DNA of 64,000 nt from Candidatus Eiseniibacteriota bacterium (GTDB taxonomy: Bacteria; Eisenbacteria; RBG-16-71-46; JABDJR01). The notes below the pieces were generated by a model. That model worked only from the letters and a program-made list of their open reading frames with translations. It searched no databases and was not told where the DNA came from. The stretch's first letter is position 1; each line of letters starts with the position of its first letter. Of this stretch, positions 37,535-48,543 are shown one piece after another. The translations under genes and the position numbers were made by a program. The stretch covers positions 128,001-192,000 of the forward strand of contig CAWANH010000003.1 of assembly GCA_963783375.1 (NCBI GenBank). Direction: 5' to 3'.

Positions 37535-39124
37535 CTACTTGGCCCGGTAGACCGACTCCCAGGGCTTTCCCGCCTTCTCCCGCATCACCCCATGATCGGG
37601 GTTGGCGGCGGCGTGATCCAGGAGCTTGAGCAGGGTCTCGATCCGGTCCTCGGCGTCCAGGAGCCGGGCCAGGTCCTCGAGCCGCCAGCCCTTCCCCTTC
37701 TCCTCGCGGAGCACGGCCAGGGCGCGGCCCTGAAGCTTCAGCACCCCGGCCGCGGCCTTCTTCCCGGCTTCCACCCCCGGCTGGTGGTAGGCGTTGATGT
37801 TGATGAGCGAGGCGTAGAGCCCCACCGCGCGCTCGTAGAGAGCGATCAGCATGCCGATCGAGCGCGGTGAGACCTCGGGAAGGGTGAGGACCATGGACCG
37901 GCGACCCTCCTCGTAGAGCGCGCTCCGCGTCCCCAGGAGGAATCCCAGCAGGAAATCCCCGGCGGTGGCGCCTTCCTCCAGGGCCGGCGAACGCCCGGCC
38001 CGGTCCCGGAGCACATCGACGAAGGTCACGAAGAAGTCGCTCCGGCCGTCGCGGAGCTGCTGGACGTAGGCGTGCTGGTCGGTGGAGCCCTTGTTGCCGA
38101 AAACGGTGATTCCCTGGTGGACGACGTTTCCGTCCAGGTCCTTCTCCTTCCCCAGCGACTCCATCACCAGTTGTTGCAGGTAGCGGCTGAAGAGGAGGAG
38201 GCGGTCCTTGTAGGGTAGGACCACCATCTGCTTCTCGCCCTTCCCGTTCCCCGCCTGGTACCAGGCCGCGGCGAGGAGCGCGGCGGGGTTGCCGCGAAGC
38301 TGGTGGAGCCGGGTGCGTTCGTCCATCTCCCGCGCGCCCTCGAGCATCGCGGCGACGTCGATCCCCTGGAGGGCGGCCGGCACCAGGCCCACCGCGGAAA
38401 GCTCGGAGGTCCGCCCCCCGACCCAGTCCCACATCGGGAAGACATCGAGAAACCGGTCGGCTTCGGCCAGCTTCGCGAGCACGCTCCCCTCCCCGGTCAC
38501 CGCCACCGCGTGGGGGCCGAGTTCCAGGCCGAGCCGCCGGTAGGCGGCCTCGATCTCCAGCATCCCGTTCCGGGTCTCCTTGGTCCCCCCCGACTTCGAG
38601 ATCACGATGGTCAGGGTCTCGGCCAGGTCGTCCCCGATCTCCCCCAGCACCCGGTCCACCCCGTCGGGATCGGTGTTGTCGATGAAGTGCGGGGCCAGCC
38701 GGTCCCCCGTGCCCCCCAGCGCGTCGGCCACGAATTCCGGACCCAGGGCCGAGCCCCCGATCCCCACCGAGATGAACCGTGTGAACCGCGGGGCGCTGGG
38801 AGGCTTCACCGCCCCGGTGTGGACCTTCTCCGCGAAGGCGCGGGCCCGCGCCACCGTCTCCTGGATCTCCCGGGTCAATTCGGGCTGCGGCGCCATCTCG
38901 GGGGCGCGAAGCCAGTAGTGCCCCACCATGCGCCTCTCGTCCGGGTTGGCGATCGCCCCCGCCTCCAGCGCGTCCATGGCCGCGAACGCCTTCGCCATCC
39001 CGGGTTCGATCCCGTGGAGGAAGGCATCGTCCAGGTCCATCCGGCTCACGTCGAGCGAGACCCCCAGCGTCTCGTCGTGCCAGAGCAGTTCCTTGTAGCG
39101 GTCCCAAAGCCGGGCGGTTTCCAT
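37535..39124 (-). CDS. pgi: Glucose-6-phosphate isomerase
   Basis: [39 protein letters not shown]. Confidence 0.95.
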   Translation of the reverse strand: METARLWDRYKELLWHDETLGVSLDVSRMDLDDAFLHGIEPGMAKAFAAMDALEAGAIANPDERRMVGHYWLRAPEMAPQPELTREIQETVARARAFAEKVHTGAVKPPSAPRFTRFISVGIGGSALGPEFVADALGGTGDRLAPHFIDNTDPDGVDRVLGEIGDDLAETLTIVISKSGGTKETRNGMLEIEAAYRRLGLELGPHAVAVTGEGSVLAKLAEADRFLDVFPMWDWVGGRTSELSAVGLVPAALQGIDVAAMLEGAREMDERTRLHQLRGNPAALLAAAWYQAGNGKGEKQMVVLPYKDRLLLFSRYLQQLVMESLGKEKDLDGNVVHQGITVFGNKGSTDQHAYVQQLRDGRSDFFVTFVDVLRDRAGRSPALEEGATAGDFLLGFLLGTRSALYEEGRRSMVLTLPEVSPRSIGMLIALYERAVGLYASLININAYHQPGVEAGKKAAAGVLKLQGRALAVLREEKGKGWRLEDLARLLDAEDRIETLLKLLDHAAANPDHGVMREKAGKPWESVYRAK

Positions 39125-39292
39125 GATCGTCTCCTCGGGATGGCGGGCCAATCGCATCGGTGAATCCAACCGCTTCCATGGTCCCCCCGGGGCCGCGCTC
39201 CGCGCAAGGCCCCCCGGCTCCTGGCCCGACCGGCTTGAGCCCACCGCCCCTTCCGGCTATCCTCCCCGGGTCTCCGACACCGTGCAGCAACC

Positions 39293-40123
39293 ATGAATAT
39301 CGCCATCCAACGCCCGGACGCGAACCACCGCGTGCCCCTCACCCGCATGACCGCGCTCGCCGCCTTCTGCGCGGCGGCGGCGCTCCTCATTCCCCTCCGG
39401 GCGTACGTTCCCGGCGCAGTTCTGTGGGGGATCGCCCTGATCCTGGTCCTTCGCGACGCCGAGCCGGCCTTCCGGCGCCGGATGGGGGTGCTCCTGGGGG
39501 CGGTGGCGGTGCTGGCCGCGGCCCCGATCAACACCGACACCTCGACCCGCCACTTCATCACCCTGGGGATTCCCTTCGCCGCGGTGCTGATCGTCCCCTA
39601 CCTGATTCTCCGGAGGACCGACCCCGGGGTCGTCCGCTACCGGTTCCTCCCCCGGCGCTTCCGCCGGCTGGACGTCTTCTACGTCCTCATCTCCATTCCC
39701 CTGGCCTGGCTCGTATTCGAGCTCTACTTCAAGGTCCTGAACCCATGGGTGCCCACCCACTGGCATCTCCCCCCGGAGCCCGACCTGACCGCGAGCTGGC
39801 GGCTCTTCATCGGCATCAACTGCGTGGGGATCTGGGACGAGCTGTTCTTCGTGAACACGGTGTTCGCGGTGCTCCGGAGCGTGTTCCCGTTCCGGGTGGC
39901 CAATGCGGCCCAGGGGGTGATCTACGCCTCGGTTCTCACCCGCATGGCCTTCACCGGGATCGGCCCGGTGGTGGTCTTTCTCTTCGCCCTCACCCAGGGG
40001 TCCATGTTCGAGGAATCCGAGAGCCTGGTCTATGTGCTCCTCGTCCACGTCATCGTGGACGTGTTTCTGCTCTCGGCGATCTTCAACCATTACTACGCCG
40101 GGTTCACGCCGATCCCGTTCTGA
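39293..40123 (+). CDS. CPBP family intramembrane metalloprotease-like protein
   Basis: Multi-TM, WDELFF motif, VLLVH. Confidence 0.65.
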   Translation: MNIAIQRPDANHRVPLTRMTALAAFCAAAALLIPLRAYVPGAVLWGIALILVLRDAEPAFRRRMGVLLGAVAVLAAAPINTDTSTRHFITLGIPFAAVLIVPYLILRRTDPGVVRYRFLPRRFRRLDVFYVLISIPLAWLVFELYFKVLNPWVPTHWHLPPEPDLTASWRLFIGINCVGIWDELFFVNTVFAVLRSVFPFRVANAAQGVIYASVLTRMAFTGIGPVVVFLFALTQGSMFEESESLVYVLLVHVIVDVFLLSAIFNHYYAGFTPIPF

Positions 40124-40205
40124 GACCGGCGGGGCGCGGCCCCCGGGGCCCTCCACCCGGGGCCGTTTGACCGCACCCCGGTCCCGGCCGGAGGATGGAA
40201 GCCGG

Positions 40206-40231
40206 TGGCGGAACGGCTTTTCGCCATTTTT
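40206..40231 (+). terminator. Rho-independent terminator
   Basis: TGGCGGAA..TTTCGCCA stem followed by a T run. Confidence 0.5.
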
Positions 40232-40234
40232 AGC

Positions 40235-40262
40235 TTGATCCGGGCGGAGGGTCTGCTAGACT
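40235..40262 (+). promoter_or_regulatory. Putative fusA promoter
   Basis: TTGATC-N16-TAGACT with extended -10 TG. Confidence 0.45.
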
Positions 40263-40400
40263 CTCGCGTCTCTTTTTGCCAGCCGATTTTCTGCCGGCGG
40301 GGTCCCTCGGCACGCCCCCGGCCGGATCCTTGAGCCACCCCCGGGGCCGGAATACGCCCCCCGACCGGGCCGGCTTACGTCCACTTCGAGGTACCGACCG

Positions 40401-42488
<2,088 letters not shown>

Positions 42489-42550
42489 ATCACCCGGGAC
42501 CGTTCATGAAGGGCGCTCATGAAGGCCCGGGTCAAGGAGACGAACAGGCC

Positions 42551-43258
42551 ATGTACACCAAGGATGTGAACGCCCGGAGCCCTCTGCGTGTGTTCGAGAA
42601 ATCGACCCACGGGGGCCTCGGCAAGGGGAACCTCGGGGTCGTGATGTCCCGGGCCGGGGTCGGGAAGACCGCGTTTCTGATCGGGGTCGCCCTCGACGAC
42701 CTGATGCGGGGGCGAAACGTGCTCCACATCTCCAACGGGGACTCGGTGGACCACGCGCGCGAGTTCTACGAGGAGATCTTCAACGAGCTTCGCCAGAGCG
42801 CCCACATCCAGGACGCGTCCCTGACCAGCTACCTGGTGGAGCGCCACCGCATCATCCACACCTATCGCGGGGTGGACATGGACGTGACGCGGATCCAGCG
42901 CGACACCGCCTTCTACCGGGACCACGCGGGGTTCGCCCCCGAGGTGGTGGTGGTGGACGGCTTCGACTTCAACCAGGCGGCGGAGACCGACCTGGCCGCG
43001 CTCAAGGACTTCGCGGCGAGCCTGAACGTGGAACTCTGGCTCTCGGCCCTGACCCACCGCGAGGAGCCGGTGACCGATCCCCGCGGCGTGCCGAACCCGG
43101 TGGCGCGGTTCGATCCGTGGATCGCGGTGATGGTGGTCCTGGAGCCCCTGGGCGCGGCCACCCAGATCCGCCTCCTCAAGGATCACGACAACCCGGACGT
43201 CGGGCAGCTCCACATGAAGCTCGATCCCCGAACCCTGCTCCTGGCCGAGTCCGCCTAG
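42551..43258 (+). CDS. RecA/KaiC/DnaB-fold P-loop ATPase, function unknown
   Basis: Walker A-like SRAGVGKT and Walker B VVVVDG. Confidence 0.75.
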   Translation: MYTKDVNARSPLRVFEKSTHGGLGKGNLGVVMSRAGVGKTAFLIGVALDDLMRGRNVLHISNGDSVDHAREFYEEIFNELRQSAHIQDASLTSYLVERHRIIHTYRGVDMDVTRIQRDTAFYRDHAGFAPEVVVVDGFDFNQAAETDLAALKDFAASLNVELWLSALTHREEPVTDPRGVPNPVARFDPWIAVMVVLEPLGAATQIRLLKDHDNPDVGQLHMKLDPRTLLLAESA

Positions 43259-43283
43259 GATTCCCGCCGGTATCCGTTCGCCC

Positions 43284-43313
43284 GAGGCGGCTCCTTCCGG
43301 GGGCCGCCTTCTT
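43284..43313 (+). terminator. Terminator of fusA-ATPase unit
   Basis: GAGGCGGCTCC..GGGGCCGCCTT stem then CTT. Confidence 0.55.
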
Positions 43314-43345
43314 CGTGCCCGGGGGACGGAGGGAGGCGCCGGCGA

Positions 43346-44722
43346 TCAGCCGATGAGAACCAGCCGGAGGGAGCGAACCCGGTTCGCGTACCGGACCCGC
43401 AGGAAGTACACCCCGGGGGCGGCGGGTCGCCCCGACTCCAGGCGGCCGTCCCATTGCCAGCTCCCCGCGGGGACGGCGTCCCAGCCTCGGATGCGGCGGC
43501 CGGAGAGGTCGTAGATGTCGAGGGCGATCGTCCCGGACCCCCCGGACCGGAGCCGGATCGCCTCCCCCACCCGGGCCGGGTTGGGGCCGACGGCCGGAAG
43601 CGGCTCCGGGAAGCGCAGATCCCGGGGGCCGAAGCGCGCGCGGGAACCGTCCCGCCCCACCGCCTCGATCACGTAGCCGTACACCACCCCGGCCCGCCCG
43701 GTGCGGTCGGTGAAGGTGTAGTCGGGCCCGGGGCCGAGCAGCGCGGCGTTCAGCCGGACCTCGGTCGCGCCGCGGAGGCGGAGCACGTTGAAGCCGGCGT
43801 GATCGACCTCGAACCCGGTCCGCCAATCCAGGCGCACCCCACCTTTCCATTGCGCCGCCGTGAAGGAGGCGAGCCGGACGGCTACGTTCGGGAAGTAGGC
43901 GCGATCCACCAGGGTGGGGTCGATCACGAACGGGTTGAACTTGCCGTCCTGGTAGGGGGCGATCCCGCAGGCGCGGTCATATTCGTGCCGGTCGGGGGGA
44001 TCGGCCAGGTTCCAGGCCCGTAGATCGTCCTTCATCACCCCGAAGAAACCGGGATCGGTGGCGTCGGCCTCGGCGCGGTAGACGGTGTAGAAGTAGAACG
44101 CGGCCCGGGCGATGTCCCCCTTGACCGATTCCCGGGGCTCCCAGCGTCCCCCGTAGGGAAGGGAGGCGTTCACGTCCAGCTCGCTGTAGGCGTCGATCCT
44201 CTGGGGATCGGGGGTGGAGGTGACCTGCTTCATCCAGTACCAGGCGTCGGTGTCCTGGTCGGGAATCTCCGCGAAGGGGTAGTTCCCCCGGGCGGAGTTG
44301 GCGCCGATCTCGCTCGGGAAGAGGTGGTTCATGTCCGCTTCGGCGGGGACGGACCCCGCCCCCTTGCTCTGGGGCCAGGAATGCTCGGCGTTGATCCCGG
44401 CGGCGAACGCGTCGGCCCTCGGGGTGGGCGATTCGGGATCCACGTAGACCGTGTACCCGGTGTAGATCCCGGCCAGATGCCCGTCGTCGTTGTCGATGGT
44501 GGAATAGAGAACGTCCCGGGCGCCGGCGTAGCTGAGCCCCACCGGCGGGCGGTAGCGGGCCCGAAGGCTGTCCTGGAGGGCCGGCCCGGTCACCCCGGAC
44601 AGGATCACCGTGCCGGGAGCCGGGCAGTCATCGGTCTGGGCGCCGGCGGGGCCGGCGGGCAAGACGCCGAGGCCGAGAAGGAGGGCGGCGAGGGTCAAGG
44701 CGTGAATGAAGCGGCTGGGCAT
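43346..44722 (-). CDS. Secreted endonuclease I family nuclease with FlgD-Ig C-terminal domain
   Basis: Signal peptide, NAEHSWPQS, DMNHLFP..NSARGN, KGDIARA, NPFV; C-terminal WDGR..PGVYFLR. Confidence 0.9.
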   Translation of the reverse strand: MPSRFIHALTLAALLLGLGVLPAGPAGAQTDDCPAPGTVILSGVTGPALQDSLRARYRPPVGLSYAGARDVLYSTIDNDDGHLAGIYTGYTVYVDPESPTPRADAFAAGINAEHSWPQSKGAGSVPAEADMNHLFPSEIGANSARGNYPFAEIPDQDTDAWYWMKQVTSTPDPQRIDAYSELDVNASLPYGGRWEPRESVKGDIARAAFYFYTVYRAEADATDPGFFGVMKDDLRAWNLADPPDRHEYDRACGIAPYQDGKFNPFVIDPTLVDRAYFPNVAVRLASFTAAQWKGGVRLDWRTGFEVDHAGFNVLRLRGATEVRLNAALLGPGPDYTFTDRTGRAGVVYGYVIEAVGRDGSRARFGPRDLRFPEPLPAVGPNPARVGEAIRLRSGGSGTIALDIYDLSGRRIRGWDAVPAGSWQWDGRLESGRPAAPGVYFLRVRYANRVRSLRLVLIG

Positions 44723-44777
44723 GTCGGGTCTCCGTGGATTGAGCCGAATACCTTAGCACGCGGGGAAGCGTCGCGAC

Positions 44778-46166
44778 TCAGGACCGCCCGGGGTTCGGCC
44801 GTGCCAGGAGCCCGGCCAGGTCCCGTTCGGCCTGCCGCCGCGGGGTCGGGACCTCGAGCTCCAGGTAGAACGCACGCCGGTCCGCCGCCTCCGCGATCAA
44901 CGCCAGGGCAAAGACCGCGAAGAGCCCCGGCTGCGGCCGCGCGAGCCACACCACGGCCGGAGCGAAGAGGCCCGCGCCGAGGCGGAGGAGATCCAGGGCG
45001 AGGCGGTCCCGCCGGGAAACGCCCGCCCGCCGCCGCACATAGAGGCCCGCCTTCAGGAGGGCTGCCGCCCCGGCCAGCCACGGTTCCCGCGCGAGGATTC
45101 CGGCCATCAGGAGCCCGGTGACGAGAACGTCGGCGCTGTGGAGCGGCTTGGCCGTCCTGGCGCGGACCGGATCGTAGACCCGGTCCATGGCGAAGAGGGC
45201 CAGGAAGCCGACGAGCGCGCCCGCCCAACCCAGGGCCGGCGCCTTGAAGAGGAGGGCGAGCGCCGAGAGCCCCATGAAGATCTCGAAGCCCGCGATCTCG
45301 CGGCTCAGCCACGAGCGGCGAACGTTCAGGACCGCCCGCCACGCGCGAGTCTTCCGTCCCAGGTGCCGAACGCTCACCAGCATCGCCGCACCGCCTGCGG
45401 CCAGGAACAGCCAGGGATCGGGGGGGGACCCGCCGAGAAGCGCCGCCGCGAACCAGCCCACCAGGACCGAGGCCAGGAGGGAGAAGACCAGAAGCGGCCA
45501 CTCGCCGGCCAGGGTGATCTCCGAGGCCGGCCGCGCTCCTGCCGCGGTCGCCGGGCCACCGCCCGGGTTCCCGTCCGGCGCCCGTCCCCCCGGAGCGGTC
45601 GCGCCGTCGTCGGCGGCGAGGCTGCTCTCGGGCGGTCCCCCCTTCCCCCGGAGCGGGGTGAAGCGGATCGAGGGGCGGGGCGCCGGCGCCGGAAACCCCG
45701 GCACGCGGTCGGTGCCGGTGAGGCTTGCGAGGTCTCCACGGCCCAGGGCCCCGGTGGGGCATGCGGTGACGCAGGCCGGCTCCAGGCCCTCGGCCAGCCG
45801 GTGATCGCAGAAGGTGCACTTGGTCATGACCGCGGCCGCGTCGTCGTAGCGGAGGGCCTCGTAGGGGCAGGCCCAGGTGCAGTAGCGGCAGCCGATGCAG
45901 CGCTCGGCGTCGATGTTCACGATGCCGGAGGCCGGGTCCTTGCCGATGGCCAGGGCCGGGCAGGCCCGCTCGCAGGGCGCGTCGGCGCAGTGGTTGCACG
46001 CCAGGGACAGGTGGTAGGTGGGGAGGCCGGGGTGGCGCGGGGCGTTGAAGGTCACGATCTGCCGCCAGCTCCAGTCGAGGCCCAGCTCGTTCTCGATCGA
46101 GCAGGCCAGGCGGCAGGCCTCGCAGCCCGTGCACCGGTTGAGGTCGAGGGTGAACGCCTCGGTCAT
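44778..46166 (-). CDS. Fused 4Fe-4S dicluster protein (DmsB-like) and DmsC-like membrane anchor
   Basis: CTGCEAC, CNHCADAPC, CIGCRYC, KCTFC, PACV..CP; then EWPLLVF, HLGR..R.SWLSREI. Confidence 0.9.
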   Translation of the reverse strand: MTEAFTLDLNRCTGCEACRLACSIENELGLDWSWRQIVTFNAPRHPGLPTYHLSLACNHCADAPCERACPALAIGKDPASGIVNIDAERCIGCRYCTWACPYEALRYDDAAAVMTKCTFCDHRLAEGLEPACVTACPTGALGRGDLASLTGTDRVPGFPAPAPRPSIRFTPLRGKGGPPESSLAADDGATAPGGRAPDGNPGGGPATAAGARPASEITLAGEWPLLVFSLLASVLVGWFAAALLGGSPPDPWLFLAAGGAAMLVSVRHLGRKTRAWRAVLNVRRSWLSREIAGFEIFMGLSALALLFKAPALGWAGALVGFLALFAMDRVYDPVRARTAKPLHSADVLVTGLLMAGILAREPWLAGAAALLKAGLYVRRRAGVSRRDRLALDLLRLGAGLFAPAVVWLARPQPGLFAVFALALIAEAADRRAFYLELEVPTPRRQAERDLAGLLARPNPGRS

Positions 46167-48221
46167 CCGGCCTTCTCGACCTGGACCAGGTTGTCGTGGA
46201 AGGCGGCGCCGTGACCCATGTCGGTCTCCCGCCCCAGGGAGCAGAAATTCACCGTCCCCCCGTCGGTGATCCACCAGCCGTTGGTCACGGTCACGCATCC
46301 CCGGCGGAGACCGTGGTCCGCCCGGGCCTCCACCGTGAGCTCCCCCCGGTCGTTGAACACCCGCACCCGGTCCCCCTCGGCGACACCGCGCTCGGCCATG
46401 TCCTCGGGGTGCATGGCCACGGTGGGTTTCGGGCTCACCGCCCGGATCATCCGGAGGTTGTTGAACTGGGAGTGGATCCGGTTCTTGGTGTTGGGGGTCA
46501 TGAGATAGAGCGGATACTTCCGCGACTCGGCCGAGTCGCGCCGGACGGACTCCTCGGGCTCGACGTAGGCGGGAAGGGGGTCCACCCCCCATCGCCGCGC
46601 CGCCTCCTCCGACCGTAGCTCGATCTTCCCCGAAGGCGTTGGGAACACGAGATCGGCGAACGCGATCTCCTCGTGTCCCGGGGCCAGGATCGGCCCTTCC
46701 CTCAGGCGGGCCAGGGTCAACCCGGGGAAGGGGGCCAGGCGGGTTTCCAACCACGCTTCGATCTCCCCGTCCGAGGCCCCGGGGAAGGCGCTGTCGATCG
46801 CTTCCTGCGGGAACCCCAGGCGTTCGGCCAGGAGCCGGTAGATCTCGCTCTCCGGCTTCACCTCTCCCGGGGGCTCCAGCACCTTCTGCTTGAGCTGGAT
46901 GTAGGGGTGCCAGTAGGCCCCGATCACGTCGGACTGCTCGAACAGCGTCTTGGCCGGAAGCACCAGGTCCGCCTCGCGGGCGGTGTCGGTCAGGAACTGC
47001 TCCACCACCACCCGGAACTCGAGCTTCCGGATCGCTTCGAGAACGGTGTTGGTCTCCGGGTTCTGGGTGACCGGGTTCCCCCGCTCCACCCAGAGCATCC
47101 GGAGTTCGGGGTCGCGCTGGGCGAGCATGTCCCGGCCGAGCCGGGCGGTGGAGACGGAGACGCGCGCCACGCCGTCCGGCCGCTCCGGCGGATAGAAGGC
47201 GATCGGGTCCTTCATCTCGTCGAAGATCGAGGTCTGGAGGTTGGCGAACTGCCAGCCCGCCCCCGGCCGGCCGAAGTTCCCGGTGAGGGCCAAGGAGCGC
47301 CAGCATCGCCCGCATGGTCTGGCCGCTGTTGGTGTAGCGCTGCATGCCGTAGCCCGCGGAAATCGTAGCCGGGCGGTGCTCGGCGAAGAGCGCGGCCAGG
47401 CGTTCGATATAGGGCGAGGGGACGTCGGTGATCGCCGCCGCCCGCTCCGGGGTGAAATCGCGCACCAGGGCCTCGAAGGCGTCGTACCCAAGGACGTGCC
47501 GTTCGATGAAGTCGCGGTTCACCGCACCGTCCCGGATGAGCGCGTGGGCCACGGCCAGGGCGAGGGCGCCGTCGGAGCCGGGCCGGCACTGGATCAAGAG
47601 GTCGGCCCGGTCCGCGCTCGCGGTGCGACGGGGGTCCACCACCACGAGCTTCCCCCCCGCGGCCTGGGCCTCGTCGATGAAGCGGGTCTGGTGGATGTTG
47701 GTCTCGGCGGCGTTCTTCCCCCAGAGCACGATGAGCCGGGCGTTGGCCAGGTCCCAGGGGGCGCTGTGAAGGTTCTTCCCGAGGGTGAGCCGCGAGGCCT
47801 CGAGGCCGGCCGGCCAGCAAAGGTCGCCGTAGGTGGTGGTGTATCCCCCGTAGAGCCGCCAGAACGCCGACCCCAGACGGTTGAGCAATCCCTTGGTCCC
47901 GCTGGCCGCGTAGTAGAGCACGCTCTGGGGGCCGGGGTCCTGCTCGAGCGCGGTCAGCGTCTCGGCGATGCGGTCGAGAGCGTGGTCCCAGCTGACGCGG
48001 CGGAAGGCGCCCGATCGCGGCCCCCGCTCCAGGGGGAAGAGGATCCGGTCGGGAGAGGTCGCCCGCCCCACGTAGCTCAGACCCTTGAGACAAACGCCCT
48101 CGGGAGTGGCGCGGTTGTCGGGATGGGGCTCGATCCGGCGCACGCGACCGTCTTCCACGTGCACCTTCATGGTGCAGGTGCTGTAGCAGTTCCGCGGACA
48201 GGCGGTGGTGTAGACGGGCAT
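46163..48221 (-). CDS. Molybdopterin-dependent oxidoreductase catalytic subunit, +1 frameshift near 47292
   Basis: CPRNCYSTC..CLKG Fe-S site, WGKN, DPRR, TDTA..AD.VLPA, IHSQF; extra T in CTC CTT GGC. Confidence 0.85.
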
Positions 48222-48543
48222 GGGGTGGAGACCTCCGGATCGCTCGGACAGCGACTCGACTTCCGGACGCCCCGGAGCATATCAGGCCGAAGGTCTCCCT
48301 GCCGAGGCGGAAGGGAACGGTCGGCGTCCTCGACGTGCAAAACTGCTTCCGGGGAGAGGCAATGCGCCGGAAGGTGGTGTTCGTGGACCATCTCACGTTG
48401 GTCGGTCATTTGATGGGATTCCGGCCCCGACCGCCGGGGCGAACCCCGGAGATGATCGGGGCATTATTCCCGTCTGTCGGCTTTGTTCTCTTGACCGTCC
48501 TGCTCCCGCTAGGGGTCCGGTAGGTACCCGGCCGGCCGAAGAA

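Noticed and set aside
48222-48540. Moco or other riboswitch upstream of the molybdoenzyme
   Set aside because: No recognisable conserved motif by eye; needs an Rfam scan
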